Below, piece after piece: positions 1 through 6,234 of a DNA stretch of 64,000 bases. Location of the stretch: the IMG/VR virus record IMGVR_UViG_3300047272_000250, positions 1-64,000 of that record; one strand, given 5' to 3'. The DNA comes from a virus. Taxonomy: Duplodnaviria > Caudoviricetes. Position 1 is the stretch's first letter, and every line of letters starts with the position of its first letter. The notes under the pieces were generated by a model, which saw nothing but the letters and a program-made list of their open reading frames with translations, was not told where the DNA came from and ran no database searches. Position numbers and translations under genes: made by a program.

Positions 1-50
1 AAAAGAAGGGAAAGTCAAGAGCGGTGTGTGGTGGAACTCTTGACCCTCCC
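1..50 (-). terminator. Hairpin plus U-tract directly after tRNA-Asp (likely intrinsic terminator, 15-nt loop)
   Basis: GGGAGGGTCAAGAG pairs with CTCTTGACTTTCCC (14 bp, 2 G-U), followed by TTCTTTT. Confidence 0.65.
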
Positions 51-52
51 AG

Positions 53-125
53 CGATCTCAAAGGGAAATTGAACCCTTACTTCCACTTCGACAGAGTGGT
101 GTGCGTACCTCTACACTATGAGACC
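53..125 (-). tRNA. tRNA-Asp(GTC), no encoded CCA
   Basis: Acceptor GGTCTCA/TGAGATC, anticodon arm CCACT-CTGTCGA-AGTGG, T arm AAGGG-TTCAATTT-CCCTT. Confidence 0.9.
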
Positions 126-476
126 TTATTTATTTTTTGGCTTATTGATTGATCGCATGTACGTTCTGTGTCTATGACAGTTTGAACAAACAATCTCACA
201 TTTTTCTATCTCTTGCTTTATCTTATCAAGACCAACATTTTTATGAGCATTGCCACCTATCTGAAAGCTTTTATCAGACAAATGATCAAAGTCTAGAACG
301 TGTGGCGGATAAGATATCCCGCAATCAGTACAAACAGAATTTGCTAGCTTATAGTCCCTTATGTAGGTTCTATTCTTATTACGTCGATCTTTTGTACGGG
401 CTTGCGTTAATTCTTTATTTCTTTCGTACCAAGCTTTTTGTGCTGCTTTTTGTGCTAATGGATCTTTATATGGCAT
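126..476 (-). CDS. HNH endonuclease (Zn-binding CxxC type)
   Basis: CTDC...FDH...CSNCHRHRT motif with a basic N-terminus; stop codon abuts tRNA-Asp +1. Confidence 0.85.
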   Translation of the reverse strand: MPYKDPLAQKAAQKAWYERNKELTQARTKDRRNKNRTYIRDYKLANSVCTDCGISYPPHVLDFDHLSDKSFQIGGNAHKNVGLDKIKQEIEKCEIVCSNCHRHRTYMRSINKPKNK

Positions 477-482
477 GGTTCA

Positions 483-512
483 ATTATAGCATTAAGTTTG
501 AACCATTGTCAA
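483..512 (-). promoter_or_regulatory. sigma70/SigA consensus promoter giving a leaderless HNH transcript
   Basis: TTGACA-18 nt-TATAAT with extended TG; ATG lies 6 nt downstream. Confidence 0.85.
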
Positions 513-521
513 TATTAATGT

Positions 522-549
522 TGAGCCTTTTTTACACATGCTCAGGTGT
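522..549 (-). other. Small predicted H-type pseudoknot in the 3' UTR
   Basis: ACAC-CTGAGCAT-GTGT-AAAAAAG-GCTCA: stem 1 ACAC/GTGT, stem 2 TGAGC/GCTCA. Confidence 0.45.
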
Positions 550-559
550 TGTAGTAATA

Positions 560-1621
560 CTACTTGATTAGTGCAACCTTAGCCTTTGGATGAGCCTTGT
601 TCCACTTTGTAGCAAGTGCGTTGTACTTAGCCTTGTATGCTGCGTTAGCAGTTGCAAGTGCTAGGTCAGATGCTGCCTTTGCTGTTGCTGCTGCAGTTGT
701 TGCTGTTGCTGAATCGCTTGCACGACCAGCCTTTTCTGCTGATAGCGCTGCTTCTGCAGTTGTCTTTGCTGCGTTTGCTGCTGCTAGTTGTGCAGTAAGT
801 GATGCAACCTGTGCATTAAGTGCAGTGATTGTTCCATTAAGATCAGTAACTGCAAATGTTGCAACTGCTGACTTTACTGGTGCTGCTAGACCTGTAACTG
901 CTGTAGCAGATGAAGCACCTGTTACTGCAACTGTTACTGTTCCTGCAACTGCTGGTGCAAGCTTCTCAGCCTTTGCTCCCAATACCAATGTTGAGTCTGC
1001 TGTAACCTGAGCTGCAGTAGATGTCAAGATTGACTTTGAGATTGAAAGGTCTGCCCAAGTTGCTCCAACTAGAGTAGCCGTTACTGTTTCTCCGCCAACT
1101 GGGTTGCCGAATACGTCAGTAATGTTAACTGATACAGATGGGATTGTTCCAACTGCTGTTGTTGACGGGACACTCACGCCAACGTTGTAGGCTGCTCCTG
1201 CAATACCCTTTACATAAACAACTGTTGAATATGCACCATTTGTAATGGTTACAGATCCTGTTGCTGTTCCTGTTGTGAATGCATAAACTGTAACTGCTGA
1301 ACCTGCAGAAGTTACTGAATATGCTGTTGCTCCTGCTGCTGCTGTTACTGGAGCTGCTGATGTAGCCAAAGCGGTTACAAGCTTAACTCCTCCTGCTGCA
1401 ACAAAAGAAACTACTGTTCCTGTGTCGGCAGTAGCTGCGATTGCAACTGCATCTGCTGAATCAACAGAGTTATCTGCTGGAACATTTGCTGTCGCTGGCG
1501 CCGTTGCCGTTGTTGTGTTTGCTGAACCAGCAACTGTTACCGCAAGCGGTGCAGCATTAGCTGATGTAGCAAGTGTTGTAGCGGCAAGTACTGCTGCTAC
1601 GATAAGTGATACTTTCTTCAT
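560..1621 (-). CDS. Secreted Ala/Thr/Val-rich Ig-like surface protein (S-layer-like) with C-terminal coiled coil
   Basis: Signal peptide MKKVSLIVAAVLAA...ANA, Big-like TDVFGNPV motif, basic C-terminus. Confidence 0.65.
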   Translation of the reverse strand: MKKVSLIVAAVLAATTLATSANAAPLAVTVAGSANTTTATAPATANVPADNSVDSADAVAIAATADTGTVVSFVAAGGVKLVTALATSAAPVTAAAGATAYSVTSAGSAVTVYAFTTGTATGSVTITNGAYSTVVYVKGIAGAAYNVGVSVPSTTAVGTIPSVSVNITDVFGNPVGGETVTATLVGATWADLSISKSILTSTAAQVTADSTLVLGAKAEKLAPAVAGTVTVAVTGASSATAVTGLAAPVKSAVATFAVTDLNGTITALNAQVASLTAQLAAANAAKTTAEAALSAEKAGRASDSATATTAAATAKAASDLALATANAAYKAKYNALATKWNKAHPKAKVALIK

Positions 1622-1682
1622 ATCTGTTTTTTATTTCCTTTTCTCTATATAGATTTGTGGAAATACCCTTTCGGATATACCG

Positions 1683-1756
1683 CTGGCCTGGAATGATTCG
1701 AACATTCAACCTGTCGATTAACAGTCGACTGCAACTACCGATTGTGCTACAGGCCA
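1683..1756 (-). tRNA. tRNA-Asn(GTT), no encoded CCA
   Basis: Acceptor TGGCCTG/CAGGCCA, anticodon arm GTCGA-CTGTTAA-TCGAC, T arm GAATG-TTCGAAT-CATTC. Confidence 0.95.
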
Positions 1757-1772
1757 TCAACGTGACAATATA

Positions 1773-1802
1773 ACTATATCAAACTGATACAGTACCTGGC
1801 AA
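1773..1802 (-). promoter_or_regulatory. Promoter for tRNA-Asn and the surface protein
   Basis: TTGCCA ... TGATATAGT. Confidence 0.55.
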
Positions 1803-1816
1803 GTCTTTTTTAATTA

Positions 1817-2344
1817 TTAATTTGAAGAATATTTTCCACCACGACGCTTATATTCTGCTACCACCCAAGCATTTGCTACTGCAGATGGATATACATCGAA
1901 TTTACGCTTGGCTTCTGCCTTAACTCTTTCATAAAGTTCTTTATCTGAAGGAGATCCTTTTCTAGGCTTAATAATGTTTCCATAGTTTGGCTTAGATGCT
2001 TTTGTCATTACTGGACTAAACATACCACTCCAACCTAGTGGGCTTTCATCTCCATCTAAAACCGCTTCTCTTTCTTCTCCCATGAGTCCTGGATCTGAGT
2101 CCATAGACTTATTCATAGCATCACGACATTCTTCACAGTCATGATCTTCTCCAATTCTAGGATCATCTTCATCCATAGACTTGCTTTCTTCCGCTGCATT
2201 AGATGCATAAATAGCTGCTTGCTGATTCTGTGCTGCTTGTCTTGTTGTATGGCAACCGTGAACCTTACCTGTATCCCCAACTACTGGATAACCCTTGCAA
2301 CCATGAGTACCCTTACCACCAATTGTATATCTACCTTTAGGCAT
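1817..2344 (-). CDS. Hypothetical two-domain phage protein
   Basis: N-terminal GCH..RQAA..Q.AAI motif; C-terminal YPSAVANAWVVAEYKRRGGKY motif; stop/start coupling with upstream gene. Confidence 0.7.
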   Translation of the reverse strand: MPKGRYTIGGKGTHGCKGYPVVGDTGKVHGCHTTRQAAQNQQAAIYASNAAEESKSMDEDDPRIGEDHDCEECRDAMNKSMDSDPGLMGEEREAVLDGDESPLGWSGMFSPVMTKASKPNYGNIIKPRKGSPSDKELYERVKAEAKRKFDVYPSAVANAWVVAEYKRRGGKYSSN

Positions 2345-2583
2345 TATTTTCCCTCTTCCAATAACTTGTTTAATTCTTCATCCATATTGTATGAAAACGA
2401 TTCTGCAATCGCTTCATCTAGCATATCATCTAAAATGACTTCCAAGTTAGATATAATCTGCTGGGCTAGCAGTGGATCTTTGTACGATATTTCCATATCA
2501 AAGAGGTCATTACACCTCAAGCTGATGTTTATAGTTCCGTCATCATCTTGAAATCCGCTCATCTGGAAATTAAGACCGTCCAA
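2344..2583 (-). CDS. Hypothetical acidic protein
   Basis: TTG start after AGGGG; TAATG overlap with the next gene. Confidence 0.6.
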   Translation of the reverse strand: MDGLNFQMSGFQDDDGTINISLRCNDLFDMEISYKDPLLAQQIISNLEVILDDMLDEAIAESFSYNMDEELNKLLEEGK

Positions 2584-2635
2584 TATTAGCCCCTATCGAC
2601 TTCATATCTAATTCTACCATGCTTAATACCTCATG

Positions 2636-2766
2636 AAAAGGGGGTCGTATATACCTGCGATTTCCATTAGCACATGACGTAGCTGAACTTCCATCTTCAT
2701 CCGAACTCATTACCGAGCTAGGGTGGTATTCGTAACTATAGCATCCTAAGAATGTATATACGACCC
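2636..2766 (-). ncRNA. Candidate structured ncRNA directly 3' of tRNA-Ile
   Basis: 13-bp perfect closing stem GGGTCGTATATAC/GTATATACGACCC enclosing about 100 non-coding nt, followed by TTTT. Confidence 0.55.
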
Positions 2767-2769
2767 TTG

Positions 2770-2844
2770 TCCGCCAGGTTGGATTTGAACCAACGATTCA
2801 TACCTTATAAGAGTATTTCCAAAACCAAACTAGGATACTGGCGG
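2770..2844 (-). tRNA. tRNA-Ile(TAT), no encoded CCA
   Basis: Acceptor CCGCCAG/CTGGCGG with discriminator A, anticodon arm ATACT-CTTATAA-GGTAT, T arm GTTGG-TTCAAAT-CCAAC. Confidence 0.9.
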
Positions 2845-3237
2845 TTTATTTAAATATTTTTTAGCACTATCCAATAAATTAATATCATCATTTAAAAGAC
2901 CTATTGCAGTATTGCAATTACTACATAATACACCACGTATACATTTTCCGCAAGAGAACGTATTATCATTGCAGCATTTATGGTCGTGATCTATATGCTT
3001 TGCATCATTTACTTTACATATCCAGCATTTTCCATTATATTTACTAAGCATTTTATCGTAGGCCTCTTTTGTTGTGTGATGCCTTTTAAATCTTCTTGGA
3101 TCATAGCCCAATATTTCATTATCTTTAGCTCTTTTATTCCTACGATATTCATTAGCTGCTAGCCTACATTTATCACAGGGTTTTTCTTTATTTGCGCCAT
3201 GAGTTATATAACCTGAATAAGTTCCACAATTTACCAT
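2830..3237 (-). CDS. Endonuclease VII-family (His-Me finger) nuclease, probable homing endonuclease
   Basis: CWIC...HIDHDH...IRGVLCSNCNTAIG motif; ATG at 3237 is 6 nt from TGATATAAT (leaderless); last 15 nt overlap tRNA-Ile. Confidence 0.88.
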   Translation of the reverse strand: MVNCGTYSGYITHGANKEKPCDKCRLAANEYRRNKRAKDNEILGYDPRRFKRHHTTKEAYDKMLSKYNGKCWICKVNDAKHIDHDHKCCNDNTFSCGKCIRGVLCSNCNTAIGLLNDDINLLDSAKKYLNKPPVS

Positions 3238-3243
3238 ATACAC

Positions 3244-3252
3244 ATTATATCA
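3244..3252 (-). promoter_or_regulatory. Extended -10 promoter
   Basis: TGATATAAT. Confidence 0.7.
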
Positions 3253-3272
3253 TAAAAAATGTATCATAATAG

Positions 3273-3301
3273 AAAGGTGGTAGGAAAATCCTACCACCTT
3301 T
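3273..3301. terminator. Intrinsic terminator, possibly bidirectional
   Basis: Perfect inverted repeat AAAGGTGGTAGGA-AAA-TCCTACCACCTTT. Confidence 0.85.
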
Positions 3302-3306
3302 GTCTA

Positions 3307-3621
3307 CTATTCTGCGTTCTTATCTATCTTAGAAAACGCTGCATTAATTTCTGATGCAGATAGCTTTCCATCATCGAGGAATGCTCTAGCTAGTCTTTCT
3401 ACTACTGTAGCGACTCCAAGAGTTCCCGCCAAAATTACAGCCTTCATGGTATCAATTCCAACAAGGGAACCTGCACCAATCACAGATAGTCCAGATGCTG
3501 CGAATACTGCAACAATTCTCATGAGAATGTTCCAGATATTAGTAACCGCTGATGAACCAATTACCTCTTCGCCTGTTGTAGGATCAGTTACGGTAATGTC
3601 AATTTCTTTCTTCTTTGCCAT
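3307..3621 (-). CDS. Small membrane protein (2 TM) with EF-hand-like DDGKLSASE
   Basis: Two hydrophobic stretches; GGGAG RBS. Confidence 0.75.
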   Translation of the reverse strand: MAKKKEIDITVTDPTTGEEVIGSSAVTNIWNILMRIVAVFAASGLSVIGAGSLVGIDTMKAVILAGTLGVATVVERLARAFLDDGKLSASEINAAFSKIDKNAE

Positions 3622-3636
3622 TATTTTTCTCCCTTC

Positions 3637-3816
3637 TTATTCATCTTTATTTCGTATTGGGCTTGTGATTATCCATAGAGCGGTAGTTGCTACTATTCCA
3701 TATCCAACAATTGTCTTTGCACTTCCGTCCAAAACAACCCAAGCAATAAACATACCGAGAAGGGTCCATGCTTGGTCTACCATATCTTTTAGGATATTCT
3801 TTATTATTCTTACCAT
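3637..3816 (-). CDS. 59-aa membrane protein (2 TM), missing from the ORF track
   Basis: Hand translation MVRIIKNILKDMVDQAWTLLGMFIAWVVLDGSAKTIVGYGIVATTALWIITSPIRNKDE; start overlaps the end of the upstream gene. Confidence 0.75.
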   Translation of the reverse strand: MVRIIKNILKDMVDQAWTLLGMFIAWVVLDGSAKTIVGYGIVATTALWIITSPIRNKDE

Positions 3817-6173
3817 CTTCTTCCTCCTCTTGAACCTGGTGAATTGGCTCCTCCGCCTCCACCAGAACTTCCTCCGCCACCTGAGCCACCTCCAGTGGCA
3901 CCTCCTGCTGCTGCTCCTACTGCATTAATTGCAGCTCCTGCTGCTACAACTGTTGCAACAACCATATCTGTGGCTTCTTCTCTTTCTTCTTCAGTCATAT
4001 CTGCACCAATGCTTCCAAGCGCTGCTAATGCTGCTGCTGGATTTGTTAACGCTGTTTCAAGTAACGCTGCTGGATTTTGTACAAGTTCAACCTGTGCAGC
4101 AACTTCTGCAGTAATTACAAGAGCGTTTCCATTTTCATCTGTACGGACCTCAACTGGTGTTGATGGTGGTAGATCTGAATAAGAAACTCCAGCTGCTTTA
4201 ATATCTGCTGCTGAAACAGATTGTCCTGGGGCAAGATTCTCTATAAGCTTTTCTACTACAACTTCTTTCTGCTCTTCTGTTAGCTTTCCTTCTTCAGCTG
4301 CTTTCTTTAATGCCTCTTCTTCTGCTTTTGCTTTTTCAGCTTCTGCTTGCTTTGCTTCCGCTTCCTTCTTCAAAGCCTCTGCCTCCGCTGCTTTTGCTTC
4401 CGCCTCTGCTTTAGCATCCTCTTCTGCTTGTCTTGCTGCTTCAGCTTCTGCTTCTAGTTTTTCAGCCTCTGCTTTTGCTGCTGCTTCTTCAGCAGCTAAT
4501 CTTTCTGCTTCCTGCTTTGCAGCCTCTTCTGCTGCCTTTGCTGCGGCTTCTTCAGCTGCTATACGATCAGCCTCTGCCTTTGCGGCAGCTTCTTCTGCTG
4601 CAATTCTATCCGCTTCCGCTTTAGCTGCAGCTTCTTCAGCGGCCTTTTTTTCTGCTTCTGCTTTAGCGGCTGCTTCAGCCGCTGTTTTTGCTTCTGCTGC
4701 TGCACGAGCTGCAGCCGCTTCTGCGGCTCTAGCTTCTGCTGCTGCCTGGGCTGCTTGTTGTGCTGCTAATGCTGCAGCCGCTTCTGCGGCTAATCTTTGC
4801 TGCTCTGCATAATAATTTGTAGCAACCTGAGCAGCATTTGTCATTGCAGTAACAGCTTCATTTACTTTTGTTATTGCATTATTTGCTAATGAATCTGCTG
4901 CCTGAACAGCGACTGTTAGGTTTTCATTTGCAGTTGTTAGGTTTTGCTGCTCTGTTGTTAGGTTTTGGTTAGCTGTTGTTAGGTTTGCTTGAGCGTTTGT
5001 TAGGTTTGTCTCTGCTACCACCTTCTCTGCTGTAACAGTTGTTAATACTGCTGTATCTGTAGATAAGGTAGCCTGGGCTGACTGCAAGGCTGCTATCTGC
5101 TCTGGTGTTGCAGATGTTTGTGAAAATTGATTACCAGGAATAATTGTCCATGCTTGATTTTGCCGATCATACTTATAAAGCCAAACAGCTGCGCCGCCGC
5201 CATTTTCGTAGTACCAAAGTACAAAATCCTTTGCTACATTGGCTTCAGTTTGTATTGTGACTACAGATCCTCCACCGCCTTTATCGTACCAATCATTAAT
5301 CACTAATTGGTTATCCAGATAAAGCTTTACTCCATCGTCTGCTGGTGCATATATGTATGTGCTTTCAGTAATAGTTGGAGTCCATTGACCAGAATATTTA
5401 ACAATAACATCTTCAGCACGATTAGATCCAGCAACATATCCTCCTCCCCAGTTTTCATTAATACCATTTGTATCTGTTGAGGTGAATATAGGAGTGGCAT
5501 TTGCAGGTAGAGTAGGAGCATTGTTTTGTCCTTGAACGTCGTATACTTCTACCTTTAGCCCAGGAGTAGAATTAGCATCAACTGCTGCTTGAGCCTCTGA
5601 AACCAAGGTAGTGTCAGCTTGAACTACTGCTGTTTGTGAATCAACTGCTGCTGTTGCTGTAGCCACCGTTGTGGTTGCTGTGGCGACTGTTGCTGTGGCT
5701 GACTCAACTACTGTTACGGCTGTCGCTACTACTGCTGTTTGTGAATCAACATTAGCCTGTGCCGTTGTGGCAACGGCTACGGCTGTCTCTGCAGACTGAA
5801 TAGCAGTATTTGCTTCTGATACCTTTACTGTAGCCTGTGCTACCGCTGTAGCTATAGGCTCTTGTGTAGTAGCAATTGTATTTGCTGTTTGGGTATCTGT
5901 ATTTGGTACATTAGCTTGAATAGTAGTTATAATGGCATTACCCTGTGTTGTAGCAGCCTCCTGAAGTGTTGTTTGGGCTGTCTCAATTTTCTGCTCAACC
6001 GCTTGAACTGTGATCTGAACTGTCACTGTTGCGGTATCTGATGAGGGTGCTGGGGTAACCTGAGCGGTTACTTCGTCTGCAATTGCCTGATTTACGGGGG
6101 ATAAAGTTAGCCATAGAAATACAAATAGACCCATTAGGCCTGTTTTAATTAAAATTTTCTCTATTTTCCTCAT
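3810..6173 (-). CDS. Large exported membrane protein: signal/TM, helical stalk, PA14 domain, TolA-like Ala/Glu/Lys coiled coil, C-terminal hydrophobic and Gly-rich tail
   Basis: PA14 motifs ADDGVKLYLDNQLVINDW and YYENGGGA; AAEEAAAKAEADRI repeats. Confidence 0.8.
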   Translation of the reverse strand: MRKIEKILIKTGLMGLFVFLWLTLSPVNQAIADEVTAQVTPAPSSDTATVTVQITVQAVEQKIETAQTTLQEAATTQGNAIITTIQANVPNTDTQTANTIATTQEPIATAVAQATVKVSEANTAIQSAETAVAVATTAQANVDSQTAVVATAVTVVESATATVATATTTVATATAAVDSQTAVVQADTTLVSEAQAAVDANSTPGLKVEVYDVQGQNNAPTLPANATPIFTSTDTNGINENWGGGYVAGSNRAEDVIVKYSGQWTPTITESTYIYAPADDGVKLYLDNQLVINDWYDKGGGGSVVTIQTEANVAKDFVLWYYENGGGAAVWLYKYDRQNQAWTIIPGNQFSQTSATPEQIAALQSAQATLSTDTAVLTTVTAEKVVAETNLTNAQANLTTANQNLTTEQQNLTTANENLTVAVQAADSLANNAITKVNEAVTAMTNAAQVATNYYAEQQRLAAEAAAALAAQQAAQAAAEARAAEAAAARAAAEAKTAAEAAAKAEAEKKAAEEAAAKAEADRIAAEEAAAKAEADRIAAEEAAAKAAEEAAKQEAERLAAEEAAAKAEAEKLEAEAEAARQAEEDAKAEAEAKAAEAEALKKEAEAKQAEAEKAKAEEEALKKAAEEGKLTEEQKEVVVEKLIENLAPGQSVSAADIKAAGVSYSDLPPSTPVEVRTDENGNALVITAEVAAQVELVQNPAALLETALTNPAAALAALGSIGADMTEEEREEATDMVVATVVAAGAAINAVGAAAGGATGGGSGGGGSSGGGGGANSPGSRGGRRW

Positions 6174-6234
6174 CTCCCTAGGGTCAGAATGTCTGACAAA
6201 CCTATTATATCAAGGAATGAGTGCTAGTTCTATT

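Noticed and set aside
1557-1760. 67-aa ORF
   Set aside because: Overlaps tRNA-Asn and the start of the surface-protein gene
2655-2705. SAM-I-like riboswitch (ATGAAG, CAGCTAC...GTGCTAA) or theta/hammerhead ribozyme identity for the ncRNA candidate
   Set aside because: Only fragmentary resemblance; core motifs (AUC-containing P1 and GCAAC; CUGAUGA; HDV nested pseudoknot) could not be built
3647-3901. Tracked 84-aa minus-strand ORF
   Set aside because: Alternative frame; the 59-aa 2-TM ORF at 3637..3816 fits the gap and coupling better
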